Below are positions 8,778 through 19,010 of a DNA stretch of 64,000 nucleotides, one piece after another. Under the pieces are notes generated by a model. The model had not been told where the DNA came from, did no database searches, and saw nothing but the letters and a program-made list of their open reading frames with translations. The stretch lies in the NCBI GenBank assembly GCA_020831535.1, contig JAFIGF010000186.1, positions 1,813-65,812 on the forward strand. Direction: 5' to 3'. The stretch comes from Opitutales bacterium (lineage in GTDB: Bacteria > Verrucomicrobiota > Verrucomicrobiia > Opitutales > T3Sed10-336). The translations under genes and the position numbers were made by a program. The stretch's first letter is position 1. Every line of letters begins with the position of its first letter.

Positions 8778-11039
8778 CTAGGATTCCTCTTCATCAAGGC
8801 TGTCATCCCCTTCCTCCAACTCAACGGGTGATTCACTTTCAGCTTCTTCAAGTGATAAGGAAGGTTGTTGTTCGGACGAACCAGGAGCGGGGAGATGGGA
8901 AAACGATTTTTCAATTTCAGCGATAGAGTATTCTACTTTGCTGGCATTATTTTTGAGGCGTTCGATTCTCTGTAAAGTGCCTTCATTGTCTTTGACCCGC
9001 TGCTCCATCAGAGGAAGCTTACGATCCAATTCCTCACGCGCTTTCGCTAAAGCGGTTCGAATGCCTTCACCAAACCCTTCTACATATTGTTTAACCATAC
9101 CCTCGACTGCACGAACAGGGAGGGTTGGGAGATTCTCCTCGAGAATATTTTGCAATTGAGACAAAATTGCTGCTTTCCCGGTTTCTCCAAGTTTCGAAAT
9201 TTTCTTATTTGCCGGAATCGGTTGGTCCCATTGCTGCTCATTTCCAAAAAGCCGACGACGCACTTTATTCTCCGTTCGAAATAAAATCCAATCCCAGATG
9301 CTTTTACGCACCGGAATGGCATTCGCCTCAAGATTTCGTTTTCTTTCCCAAGCTTGGTCCGAATAAGACAACTCCGAAGCTGAAGTCTCCTGACGAATCT
9401 TCAGAAGGGAAATGCCTACCTTATCAAAGGCACGAATTAAATCCGGGGATACATCCACCCCGCCCATGGCAGTATTGGTCATTTCCTCAACCTTTTGACG
9501 GCATTGGTTGGCAACATTTTTCAAAGAAGCAGCAAAAGCGGGTTCAATCTTTTCAAAGAGAAGTTCTCGCAAGCTTTCATCGGATTCAAACCAATCCGTG
9601 ACTATTTGATTTAATTTACTTTCGAGTTGTTTCTTTTCGTTCCTGGAAATCTCCTCGGTGGCCTCCTGGGTTCCCCGTTGAACTTCCCCGAAAACATTGC
9701 TCCAGTCCTGCTCGTCAAGAGAACTGACCGCAGATCGACGGGACCTTTCCTCTTTGAGTTCGTATTCCAAAGAAGCCTGTCTTTCATGGAAGTCTCTCAG
9801 ACTATCTGCGGAACAATTTTCGCGAACCTCTGCAGTGAGGGTTTTGCCTTGCCGCAGAGAATCAAAAATAAAATTCAGCAGGTAGTCGTTGCTATTCAAA
9901 TAATCGGTTAAATCTTGCAGGAAAGTGTCAAAAGGCTCACCTGATGGTTTTTTCTGCTCTGGCGTTTCCGTTATATCAGAATAACCCTCCTCCCCAACCT
10001 GCTCTTCACTGGCTTGTTCTTCCCCGGCTTGAGATGACTCGGGCGACAAGGAGTTTGCCGCTGCATGTAAAAGATCGATGGGATAAATGTGTAGACGCCC
10101 TTCATCGAAGGCATTTCGCATTGGAGCGCTCATTGAGAGAGAGCAAAAGGCATCGATAATTTTTTCAGGATCCTGGCTTTCCAAACTGGGAATCAGTTCC
10201 CCATCCGGCCCCAAATCCTTTTTATTGGCATCGATGTTGACCACGAGAAAAATACGGGAAAACAAATTCAGCAGGTCATTAAATTCATCAAAGACCTGCT
10301 CCAAAAACAGATTATCCGTTTTCACCACAAAAACAGCACAAGCTGCACTGTCGCGGAACTCTCTGGTCATTAAATCGTAGCCGAACTTCATCCGACTGTA
10401 CAATCCCGGGGTATCGACCAGGACGGTGTAAGAATCCTCAAGATTTTTCGCCGGTAAGCCGATGTCGATTCGTCGGATGGCCTCAGGATAGTGAATGCCC
10501 GGATCAAAAGTCTCCCCACCTTCTTCAATTTTACGAATATGGGAGGCTAAATGGGCGTGGTGATCGGCAATCGCTTTCCGCATTGTACTGTTATCCGGAA
10601 AGTTTTCGGTTTCCCCACTGAACTTCTTAGCCACAATACGCGTTTCGGGATCATGCCTTACATGAACCAGACAGGGATAGGCCGGAAGAGAGGTTACTTC
10701 GCTCACATAGGCCGCACTGATGGCATTCATTAAGGTACTCTTTCCACTCTTTAAAGGCCCGAAAATAATCACAAAGGCTTCTTGGTCCTCTACTTTGTCC
10801 AAAAGAGTATTTAGCCTATGATGAGTATCGGCAAAACCCGAAATTGAGCGCTTTAAGGCATCGGAATCTTGTTTCTCACGAATTTCGGCTAAACTCTCAC
10901 GGAGGGTAGCATCAAAGGGACGGAGAATTTTGGCGTATTCCTGGCAGAATTGAGAGATTTCAGTTTTCATAGAGAGGAAGCTTTGGTTTTCAGGGAAGAG
11001 TTCATTACTTAGGAAAGACCTCAAGACGGAGTTGTTCAA
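8778..11039 (-). CDS. Dynamin-family GTPase (bacterial dynamin-like protein)
   Basis: 753-aa ORF. GTPase motifs are G1 GPLKSGKST, G3 VDTPGL and G4 NKKD. It has long helical stalk-like regions and an acidic C-terminal tail (EEAESESPVELEEGDDSLDEEES). Confidence 0.75.
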   Translation of the reverse strand: MNNSVLRSFLSNELFPENQSFLSMKTEISQFCQEYAKILRPFDATLRESLAEIREKQDSDALKRSISGFADTHHRLNTLLDKVEDQEAFVIIFGPLKSGKSTLMNAISAAYVSEVTSLPAYPCLVHVRHDPETRIVAKKFSGETENFPDNSTMRKAIADHHAHLASHIRKIEEGGETFDPGIHYPEAIRRIDIGLPAKNLEDSYTVLVDTPGLYSRMKFGYDLMTREFRDSAACAVFVVKTDNLFLEQVFDEFNDLLNLFSRIFLVVNIDANKKDLGPDGELIPSLESQDPEKIIDAFCSLSMSAPMRNAFDEGRLHIYPIDLLHAAANSLSPESSQAGEEQASEEQVGEEGYSDITETPEQKKPSGEPFDTFLQDLTDYLNSNDYLLNFIFDSLRQGKTLTAEVRENCSADSLRDFHERQASLEYELKEERSRRSAVSSLDEQDWSNVFGEVQRGTQEATEEISRNEKKQLESKLNQIVTDWFESDESLRELLFEKIEPAFAASLKNVANQCRQKVEEMTNTAMGGVDVSPDLIRAFDKVGISLLKIRQETSASELSYSDQAWERKRNLEANAIPVRKSIWDWILFRTENKVRRRLFGNEQQWDQPIPANKKISKLGETGKAAILSQLQNILEENLPTLPVRAVEGMVKQYVEGFGEGIRTALAKAREELDRKLPLMEQRVKDNEGTLQRIERLKNNASKVEYSIAEIEKSFSHLPAPGSSEQQPSLSLEEAESESPVELEEGDDSLDEEES

Positions 11040-11100
11040 TCTCCAATCGAATTTTCGGAAGACATCATTTGGCGAAGAATCAAAAAAGTGTCATAAAGTC

Positions 11101-12741
11101 TCAACAAGAGATTATGGGAACAAAAGAGAAGGAACGACCATCAAAAAGGCCTTGGTCGCTAAGTTTGAGGTCCGGGATAACGAGTAAGGCCATGAAGGAC
11201 AAAGTCATAAAAGGCGCTCGCAGCGGACTGCCCAAACGATGCGCCAGTTCCTCAACCCGCTGGTAATCCCTAACCGAGCTAAAAGCATCCTGATTCGTCA
11301 TAAGGCCTGCTACCGGCAAAGGAAAGAACGCCTCTTCTCCACCCGCATCACAGGCCACCAAACCACCACCATGCTGCCGGAGGACTTCAAGGGCCCGCGC
11401 CAAAGACTGGTCATCCACGCCTACAGCAAGGAGATTATGAGAATCGTGCCCCACCGAAGAAGCGATCGCTCCCCGATGAAGTCCAAACCCTTTAGCCAAG
11501 GCCACCGCAGGCTTAGCCGGACGATAGCGATTGTGTACGACCAATTTCAAAATATCTCTTGTCGGATCGGTCACAATTTCCTTCTCCCGGACTTTTGGCT
11601 GAACAACTTGCTCCTGGGTAACCAACTGATTTTCCAAAGCCTCAATAACCCGCACTTGGGCTGGCGGATCTTTGGTGAATTTGATAGTTAAATCCGCCGC
11701 CCCGACTTCGGCCGCAGCAAATTTGTTAACCGGTGCCTCCTTCACTGAAGGCAAAAAGGTTTGCCCATTTTCAGCGACAACTTCCCCCTCAAGAATGGTT
11801 CGCCGGACATCAAAGGAAACCAGATCGGTCAATTCAACAAAATCCGCCGGATCACCTTCCCGGAGAAATCCGACGGGCAATCCATAATGTTCAACCGCCT
11901 GCACCGAAGCTACTCGCAAAGCAACCAGGGCGTCAACTCCCCCCGCCACCGACCGCGCCACAAGGCGGTTGATATGCCCCAGTTCGAGATTGTCGAGATG
12001 CATATCATCCGTGCAAAACAAACAATCCTTCGGAAATTCTCGTAAAAGCGGTAAAAGCTCATCAAAATTCTTCGCTGCCGAACCTTCCCGAATAACGATT
12101 TTCATCCCCTGTTCTCGTTTTTCCATGGCCTCTTCCAAGGTGAAACATTCATGATCATTTCGAATGCCGGCCTCAACGTAACGCCGTAAGCCCTCGCCCC
12201 GCAAACCAGGGGCATGACCATCGACCGGTTTCCCATAAAGCCGAGCCAAACGAAGCTTTTCATGCACCTCCACATCGCCGTTGACCACTCCGGGAAAGTT
12301 CATCATCTCGCTTAAATAGAGGATCTGGTCCTTTTGCAGGAGTTGCTCTACTTCTACCACCCCGAGCGAAGCTCCGGCGGTTTCAAAAGGGGTCGCCGGG
12401 ACGCAGGAAGGGGCTCCGAAGAAAATTTTCAAGGGAGTTTTCGCGGCGTTGCGCAACATGAACTCAACTCCCTCTAAACCAAGAACGTTGGCGATCTCAT
12501 GGGGGTCTGAGACCGTCGCCACCGTTCCGTGCCGCACCGCTAAACGGGCAAATTCAGTGGGAATCAGCAACGAACTCTCCACATGTACATGGGCATCAAC
12601 AAAGCCCGGAGCCAAATAAGTTGAAAAAACCTCATCAACCTCCCGAATCGACGCGATACATCCCTCCCGGACCGTTACTTCCGCAGGAAAAATCCGGTGA
12701 TTCACCAAATCAACCAGATTCCCTCGGAAAACGTTTTCCAT
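11101..12741 (-). CDS. ade: Adenine deaminase
   Basis: 546-aa ORF. The metal-binding region GFVDAHVHVESSLLIPTEF and the motif SDPHEIANVLG are typical of adenine deaminase (amidohydrolase superfamily). Confidence 0.85.
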   Translation of the reverse strand: MENVFRGNLVDLVNHRIFPAEVTVREGCIASIREVDEVFSTYLAPGFVDAHVHVESSLLIPTEFARLAVRHGTVATVSDPHEIANVLGLEGVEFMLRNAAKTPLKIFFGAPSCVPATPFETAGASLGVVEVEQLLQKDQILYLSEMMNFPGVVNGDVEVHEKLRLARLYGKPVDGHAPGLRGEGLRRYVEAGIRNDHECFTLEEAMEKREQGMKIVIREGSAAKNFDELLPLLREFPKDCLFCTDDMHLDNLELGHINRLVARSVAGGVDALVALRVASVQAVEHYGLPVGFLREGDPADFVELTDLVSFDVRRTILEGEVVAENGQTFLPSVKEAPVNKFAAAEVGAADLTIKFTKDPPAQVRVIEALENQLVTQEQVVQPKVREKEIVTDPTRDILKLVVHNRYRPAKPAVALAKGFGLHRGAIASSVGHDSHNLLAVGVDDQSLARALEVLRQHGGGLVACDAGGEEAFFPLPVAGLMTNQDAFSSVRDYQRVEELAHRLGSPLRAPFMTLSFMALLVIPDLKLSDQGLFDGRSFSFVPIISC

Positions 12742-12756
12742 ACCGTAAGCTTATGT

Positions 12757-13470
12757 TCAGTCTACGATTTCCAGTAACTCGACGTCAAAAATCAGCAAGG
12801 AACCAGCGGGAATTCCTGGAATATCCTGAAATCCATAACCTAGGTGCGGAGGCACATAAAGCGTGGCCTCAGAGCCAACTGGCAGTTGCTGCAAACCTTC
12901 CCGGAAACCATCAATGACTCCGGCTAAAGGAAATTCTGTCGGTTCACCCCGCTGGTGGGAGCTGTCAAAAACTTCTCCGTTAATAAGGGTGCCCTCATAG
13001 TGAATTCGAACCGTGTTTTGCTCCGTTGGGTTTGGTCCATCGCCCTCCTCGGTAATTCGGTAACGCAACCCACTCTCCAAAACAACCACGCCCTCTTCTT
13101 CATCCAATTCGGCAAAAAATTCCCGATATTGTTCGTTTGAAGCTTCCTCAGCCCGAGCCATGGCTTCCTGTTGGCGAGTTTGCATAAAAACCTGCAAGGC
13201 CATGTTCATTTCGTCCAAATCGTACGGCAAATCCTCTTGCAAAATCGCGGTCCGCAGCCCCTTTAACAGTTGTTCGGCCTCAGCTTCATTAAACTCAAAA
13301 CTCCCCAAACCTAACTGCTCCCCCGCCAAATATCCGAGGGCTTCAAGGATTTCATCTTCCGAAAAAACATCGTCAGAATCCAACATCCCGGGCAGAGGAA
13401 TTTGATCCGCAGAAAGGGTTAGGGCACCGGCCAACAAGCCAGAAGAGAGAAAAGTGATGATCTTTTTCAT
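12757..13470 (-). CDS. FKBP-type peptidyl-prolyl cis-trans isomerase (FkpA/Mip-like, secreted)
   Basis: 237-aa ORF with a signal peptide (MKKIITFLSSGLLAGALTLSA). The C-terminal FKBP domain reads VRIHYEGTLINGEVFDSS...FPLAGVIDGFREGL...LYVPPHLGYG. Confidence 0.85.
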   Translation of the reverse strand: MKKIITFLSSGLLAGALTLSADQIPLPGMLDSDDVFSEDEILEALGYLAGEQLGLGSFEFNEAEAEQLLKGLRTAILQEDLPYDLDEMNMALQVFMQTRQQEAMARAEEASNEQYREFFAELDEEEGVVVLESGLRYRITEEGDGPNPTEQNTVRIHYEGTLINGEVFDSSHQRGEPTEFPLAGVIDGFREGLQQLPVGSEATLYVPPHLGYGFQDIPGIPAGSLLIFDVELLEIVD

Positions 13471-13636
13471 GTTTTAATAGATATTCAGAAAGGTCAGAAT
13501 GTAAACAGACACCCAAAGGGTTTCAAAAGTTCAGCCTTTTGGCGAGGAAAAGCTTAATTTTTCTGGAAAACCCTGTTCGCAGCAAAGAATCCTGCGGGCA
13601 AAAAAACGAAATGCTTTTGTCTACCTGCAAAATTAC

Positions 13637-16273
13637 TCACGACAGAAGTTTACGAACTACAACAAATCCTGTCCCGAGGGAAACCAGTATTCCCGCTAAG
13701 AGCAACCCCACCGAAAACATCACCATCTCCCAGACCGGAACCGCCCACAAAAGAGTCCACCCAAAGGATTGCTTATTGATCACCTCAATCAGCAACCACC
13801 CCAAGCCAAAGCTAAAAAGCAGACCACCCGCCAGCCCTACGAAAGTAATCCCCGTTCCCTCAATCGCGGCATTACTGGCAATTTCTCTGCTGGTTAACCC
13901 CAAGTTGCGCAGAATTCTTAATTCTTGAACGGCCTCCCGGAAAATTGCGACCAGAGTCAAGGCCAAGCCTAGTAGAGCTACCAAAAGCGCAATAAATTTC
14001 AAGGCATGAGTAATCCCGAAGGTTTGTCGAAAAATCCCCTTAGCCGTTTCCCGCAAAGCCTTGTTGCTCCGAAAAGCCAAACCGGGGAATTTCATGGCCC
14101 AGTTCTCCCCCAAAATCCCGGGATCCTCCCCTTCCCGCAGAAACAAGGTCAGGTTGGTTAAACTCTCATCTCCCAGCCATTGAAAAAGCCAAGTCCGGTC
14201 CACCAGAAGGGCTCCTTGTTCATTTCCATAATCAGCTTGCACCCCTTTGATCACAACCGATTGCAAACCTTTCTGAGTGGGAAATTCCAAAACATCTCCC
14301 ACCCCAACCCGGAAGCGCTCGGCAAAGGCCTCGTTAACAATCGCCGGAACCCAGCCCGCAGAGGTTCGTTCCAGCCAGCTCACTTCCCCCAGGGGCCGCT
14401 CAATCCATAACGGAGTTTGCCATTCGTGGAGCAGCGTTAAATCGGATCCCGTTAAAAAAGTCGTCGTTCCTTCAATCTGGATACGGGTAGAACGAAAGGG
14501 ATCCGCTGCAACTACAGCCGACTTTTCAGCAAGTGTGCGCCACCTCTCGGACGAGATCAAATGATCGCTTTCAGCACCCTGGGCACCGAGTGGGTTGATG
14601 TAAAGATCCGCGCGGAAACGATGTTCCAACCATCGTTCCACCGTATGCTCAAAACTTCCCACCAGAAGAGTCATCCCTCCGGCCATACTTACGGCAATAA
14701 ATAAACCAGCCGCCGCCAGACGGTGGCGTGTGGTGGCCCTATGCAAACGGGAAACCCCTGGACGGAGAACCGGCTTCCATCGAGTCACCAAATCCCTTCC
14801 CCAGTGCCCCAGAGGAGGGAATAGCGTACCGATCAAAAAGGTTCCTCCAATCAACCAGAGAAAAGCGGTAAGGTATCCTCCCGCCGGGAAGCGGGCCCCG
14901 CCATCAAGCACCAATGGCGGGAAAAATGTCAGCAAATACCCTACTCCTACCATAAGTAAACCGGGCCAGGGGCGCCGTAATAGAGCCAACCCCGGAGCAT
15001 TGTTTCCTTGCATTAGAACTTGGGCCGCAGGCGTTCGCAAAGCATCCCGCAAAGGAATCAACCCAGCCACCAGACTTGCCCCCACACCAAGCAAAAAACC
15101 ACTCAGGAGATCAGCTCCGGTCCACTGTACCCGATAGGTTCCACCACCTTGATACAAGGCGTTGATCGTTTGTCCCACGGCACCGACCGTGAGCTGTGCC
15201 AGCAATCCCCCCAGCAAGACTCCCAAAGCACTCCCGACCAACCCAAGCAGTAAAATCTCCCCCAACCACATTTTACGAAGATCACCATCAGTCATTCCCA
15301 GTGAACGTAGTATACCGATTTCCAAACGTCGCCGGACCACCACTGCATCAAGTGCCTGGGAAATCAGAAAAACCCCCGTTAATAGGGCGATAAGCGACAA
15401 AATGGTCAAATTCAAACGGAAGGCCGCAGTCATCGAGGCAGTCTCGTTTTCCCGGAATTCCGGAGGACGATAAACCCAACCAACGCCTTCCCCGGATAAT
15501 ACCTCCGCAAGCCGCTTCTGACCTTCTACGGTCAAGTGTTCCGCCCCTTGCCACACCAAATCGATCCGCGACAAGAATTCGTACTGCCCGAGCACCCGCA
15601 TCAGTCCGGAAATATCCATGACCAATACATTTTCGGGAGCCGAAACTTCCGCCCGCTGCTGCGGGAGAATCCCTGCGATCCTCAGATCATGATGCTGGTC
15701 ACGAATCAATAAGGAAATCTGGTCACCGGGGTCTTTGCCCAGCCTCCGGGCAAATGGGCCGGAAATAAATACCTCGGGCGCTCCGCGTAACCTTTCCCGA
15801 AAATCCCCTTCCTCCTCCCCTTCCCCGGGGCCGGAGAGAATGTGTTCCCCATCGGGAGCGCGCGGATTCAAATTTTGGATACCAAGAAGATCCAGTCCCA
15901 ATAACCGTAGTGTCGGAGCGCGCCCGAATTGCCCCTCAACCTGTTCCAAGTCTCGTTGCGCCACCGCCGTGGTTTCCAGCACCGGGATCACATGAACGGC
16001 CTTCGTCCCCAGTTTTTCCCTCACCTCCCGAAGGGTCTGTACTGGCAAATTCCCGGCCAAGGGCTCAATGGATCCGTCCACTTGGCCGCGAACCGCTACC
16101 GCGAAATCACCAAAACTTTCCACTGCCGATCGATTGGCCAGACGGATGGACAGGTAGGTCGCTACCCCTAAGGCCAGAATAAACAATAACAAAAGAGTTT
16201 GCCAAGGGGTTCGACGCCAATGCCGAAGGGTAAAAAGCGTCCATTGACGAACTAAGCCGGGACCACCCTTCAT
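13637..16273 (-). CDS. ABC transporter permease, duplicated FtsX/MacB-type (YbbP-like)
   Basis: 878-aa ORF with two FtsX-like 4-TM modules separated by large periplasmic regions. Its start overlaps the upstream ATPase stop by 4 nt. Confidence 0.8.
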   Translation of the reverse strand: MKGGPGLVRQWTLFTLRHWRRTPWQTLLLLFILALGVATYLSIRLANRSAVESFGDFAVAVRGQVDGSIEPLAGNLPVQTLREVREKLGTKAVHVIPVLETTAVAQRDLEQVEGQFGRAPTLRLLGLDLLGIQNLNPRAPDGEHILSGPGEGEEEGDFRERLRGAPEVFISGPFARRLGKDPGDQISLLIRDQHHDLRIAGILPQQRAEVSAPENVLVMDISGLMRVLGQYEFLSRIDLVWQGAEHLTVEGQKRLAEVLSGEGVGWVYRPPEFRENETASMTAAFRLNLTILSLIALLTGVFLISQALDAVVVRRRLEIGILRSLGMTDGDLRKMWLGEILLLGLVGSALGVLLGGLLAQLTVGAVGQTINALYQGGGTYRVQWTGADLLSGFLLGVGASLVAGLIPLRDALRTPAAQVLMQGNNAPGLALLRRPWPGLLMVGVGYLLTFFPPLVLDGGARFPAGGYLTAFLWLIGGTFLIGTLFPPLGHWGRDLVTRWKPVLRPGVSRLHRATTRHRLAAAGLFIAVSMAGGMTLLVGSFEHTVERWLEHRFRADLYINPLGAQGAESDHLISSERWRTLAEKSAVVAADPFRSTRIQIEGTTTFLTGSDLTLLHEWQTPLWIERPLGEVSWLERTSAGWVPAIVNEAFAERFRVGVGDVLEFPTQKGLQSVVIKGVQADYGNEQGALLVDRTWLFQWLGDESLTNLTLFLREGEDPGILGENWAMKFPGLAFRSNKALRETAKGIFRQTFGITHALKFIALLVALLGLALTLVAIFREAVQELRILRNLGLTSREIASNAAIEGTGITFVGLAGGLLFSFGLGWLLIEVINKQSFGWTLLWAVPVWEMVMFSVGLLLAGILVSLGTGFVVVRKLLS

Positions 16274-16989
16274 CCAGCCGTTTCCTCCTCATTCCTTTCC
16301 TCCGGTACCCCAGCCAAAACACCATCTTCTAGACGCAAAATCCGATGACAAATCCGGGTTGACCGCTCGTCATGCGTCACCATGACCATCGCCACGTTGT
16401 GTTTTTCCGAAAGTTGTTCCATCAGGTTTAAAACCGTATCGCCTGTTTTCCGGTCCAGGTTGCCAGTCGGTTCATCGGCTAGAAGTAAGGAAGGCCCAAC
16501 CGCGAGCGAGCGCGCTACCGCCACCCGCTGTTGTTCGCCGCCGCTCAGCGTCTCCGGGTAAGCCCCCGCTCGATGGCCAATTTTCACCTCCTCCAACAAT
16601 TGACCCAATTGCTTCTTGATCTTTGCTTGCGACCAACCAGCTAACTCCATCGGGAAGGCGATGTTTTCTCTTACCGTAAGCGTCGGCAAAAGATGAAAGA
16701 ACTGAAAGACGGTGCCAATCGTGCAGCGGCGAAGGCACGCCAACTCATCAGCCGATAAGGAGGTTAATTCGTTACCCGACAAAAGAACCTCCCCCTGGTC
16801 TGGTCTCTCGATCCCCCCCAAACAATTTAGAAGAGTTGATTTTCCCGACCCGGAGGGCCCCATCAGAGCGATTCGTTCCCCCTTGGCAACCGTAAAGTCC
16901 AATCCCCGTAGAACCACCGTTTCCCCAAAAACTTTACGTAAACCGTGAACTTCGAGCAGAGTTTTGGAATTCTGGTATTGCTGAGTCAT
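16270..16989 (-). CDS. ABC transporter ATP-binding protein (LolD/YbbA-like)
   Basis: Motifs seen are Walker A GPSGSGKST, the ABC signature LSGGEQQRVAVAR and Walker B LLLADEPTGNLD. The start is placed at MTQQYQN (ATG on the complement of 16987-16989); the track ORF extends to 17022. Confidence 0.9.
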   Translation of the reverse strand: MTQQYQNSKTLLEVHGLRKVFGETVVLRGLDFTVAKGERIALMGPSGSGKSTLLNCLGGIERPDQGEVLLSGNELTSLSADELACLRRCTIGTVFQFFHLLPTLTVRENIAFPMELAGWSQAKIKKQLGQLLEEVKIGHRAGAYPETLSGGEQQRVAVARSLAVGPSLLLADEPTGNLDRKTGDTVLNLMEQLSEKHNVAMVMVTHDERSTRICHRILRLEDGVLAGVPEERNEEETAG

Positions 16990-17092
16990 GCCATAAAATG
17001 CTTTCGCGAGCTTCAAACGCAAGCCTTGGCATAGACATTTTCAATTTTGGTCTGAAGCATATCAGCCTGAATCAACCAGCTGGGAAAGCTTT

Positions 17093-18019
17093 TCAACACT
17101 TCTCCATCAACGCTTTCTCGCAGGCCGCTCGCATGGGACCCACCAGCACCGATTCACCTGTCCAAATCTCCAAAGCTCTCACCCCCTGCCAAACCAACAT
17201 TGCCACCCCATTGGCAGCCGGAATCCCTACCTCCAAGGCCGATTTCATAAGCAAGGTTTTTGGCGGACTATAGATCATGTCGTAAATCCCGCGACAGGCA
17301 GAAAGTTTCCGTGGATCAATCGGCAAGGGATCCTCCGGTTGCATACCCACCGAGGTTGAATTTACCACGAGAGCACCGCCGGGAAGATCCCGGTAAGGGA
17401 TATTTTCCAACGAAAAAGTGTGTATTTCGCTCTGCGGAGCCCACTCTCCCAAGGATGCGACCAAAGCTTGCAAACGTTCCTGATTGCGATTGCCGATCCA
17501 CAAACCGCTCGCCCCTTGCTCCAAACATTGCGCCGCCGCCGCCCTCGCCGCCCCCCCCGCTCCCAGTAAAATCACCGGACACTCCACCAGCGAAAAACCA
17601 AGCATTTCCGCAACCGCTTTTTGCAAGCCGAAACCATCCGTGTTGTCGCCAACATAGATTTCTCCTTTAAGTTTCAAAGTATTGACAGCCCCCTTCCGTA
17701 GAGCCCCATCAGAAACTTCGGACAAAGCGGGCAAGACAACCGTTTTGTGAGGAATGGTACAATTCAATCCGCGAAAGCCCTTCGCCGCAAAAAGAGGCAA
17801 ACTCTCAATCAGCTTTTCTGGAGGGACTTCAAATTTGTAGTACGACCAGTCCCGGTATTCGGGCTTTTCCCGGGACATCTCTTCCAGCGCGGCATTGTGC
17901 ATAGGTGGACTCACCGAGTGTTTTACGGGGTAGCCGAGAACCGCCAAAGGCGAAGGCCCAAAATTCATTTTGGCCAAATCACTTACCTGATATACCTGCG
18001 CAGGATTAGGATTGGGCAT
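17093..18019 (-). CDS. aroE: Shikimate dehydrogenase
   Basis: Motifs seen are GYPVKHSVSPPMHNAALEE and the NADP-binding LLGAGGAARA. The start is uncertain: M at 18019 or M at 17968. The track ORF extends to 18076 and would overlap the upstream gene. Confidence 0.8.
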   Translation of the reverse strand: MPNPNPAQVYQVSDLAKMNFGPSPLAVLGYPVKHSVSPPMHNAALEEMSREKPEYRDWSYYKFEVPPEKLIESLPLFAAKGFRGLNCTIPHKTVVLPALSEVSDGALRKGAVNTLKLKGEIYVGDNTDGFGLQKAVAEMLGFSLVECPVILLGAGGAARAAAAQCLEQGASGLWIGNRNQERLQALVASLGEWAPQSEIHTFSLENIPYRDLPGGALVVNSTSVGMQPEDPLPIDPRKLSACRGIYDMIYSPPKTLLMKSALEVGIPAANGVAMLVWQGVRALEIWTGESVLVGPMRAACEKALMEKC

Positions 18020-18911
18020 GGCGACGATAGATTTCCGCGAATTCCTTGCGGAATCGCTCAAAAAGCCTGGATTCATCTACCCGTCCCTCCCGGGCAAAGG
18101 CCACATTCAGGGAGTGACAATACGTCTTGAGAATCTCTCCCACGGGGGTAGGAGCCAATTCCATCTCCGAAACCCCGGCATCTTCTTTCTGCAGATTGGT
18201 CAGAACTTCAGATCCCCAGCGAAGGGATCCACTCGCATAAACATCCACAAAAAAGGGTTCCTTCCCCTCGTAACAACCTAGAAGGAAGTGCCCAGGAGCC
18301 TTTACGGTCTCAAGGGTAAGACGACATCGGTCCGCAATAAGCGCATATAAAAGCATCAACGCAAACGCCCCGCCCCGCTTAGTGTACAGAACTTCTTGCG
18401 GCAATAACAACGAAGTATCCTCTTCCTGACGACGAACCAAACGGAACCCGTGCTCATGAAAAAACACCCGGTTCAAAAGTTGACACTTCTCCCGAACAGA
18501 CATCGGAGGAGAAAACAATTCCCTTGCCCGTGCGGCGATCTGATCGAGCTTGAAGCAAAACTCCGAATGGTTGAGCTCAGGGCTTACCGCTTTGGTCAAA
18601 ATCAACAACCCCGTCTCCAATTCGTAATTCATCGAACGGATGAAGTCGAGCCCTTCCACCGTTGGATGATCGCGTGCCAAAGCCTCCAGATAATGCCGGG
18701 CAGCAATAGCTTCCCATCGGCTCAGCGTAACCGACTGATGGTGCAGAAAATCCAGAGCCTCTTCCCCCGCCTGGCGCAGTTCCTCAAGTAAGGCCTCCCT
18801 GATTTTTGGCGAAGGGTCATCGGCCAAAACTTGAAAAGCTTTGCGAAACGCTGGACTGAGTCTCTTTCTTTTCACGGTCACAGTATGCCCTGTTTCTCCC
18901 CTAAATGGCAA
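18006..18911 (-). CDS. Transglutaminase-like (SirB1-family) protein
   Basis: 301-aa ORF. The core ...NRVFFHEHGFRL...GGAFALMLLYALIADRCRLTLETVKAPGHFLLGC...FVDVYASG resembles the Transglut_core2/SirB1 pattern. Confidence 0.55.
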   Translation of the reverse strand: MPFRGETGHTVTVKRKRLSPAFRKAFQVLADDPSPKIREALLEELRQAGEEALDFLHHQSVTLSRWEAIAARHYLEALARDHPTVEGLDFIRSMNYELETGLLILTKAVSPELNHSEFCFKLDQIAARARELFSPPMSVREKCQLLNRVFFHEHGFRLVRRQEEDTSLLLPQEVLYTKRGGAFALMLLYALIADRCRLTLETVKAPGHFLLGCYEGKEPFFVDVYASGSLRWGSEVLTNLQKEDAGVSEMELAPTPVGEILKTYCHSLNVAFAREGRVDESRLFERFRKEFAEIYRRHAQS

Positions 18912-19010
18912 CCCTCCTTAAGTAAATTCCGCAGAAAAAAGAATTTCTTCATTTTCCTATCGGCAGCATGCCTGCCTTGATATACTCTAACCTTTTTTCG
19001 CGAATTCACC

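Noticed and set aside
18961-18971. The 11-mer CGGCAGCATGC is shared between the cysS upstream region (18961-18971) and the spacer downstream of the transposase-like gene (24817-24827).
   Set aside because: It is a single short match with different flanks. It is most likely a coincidence built around a GCATGC palindrome.
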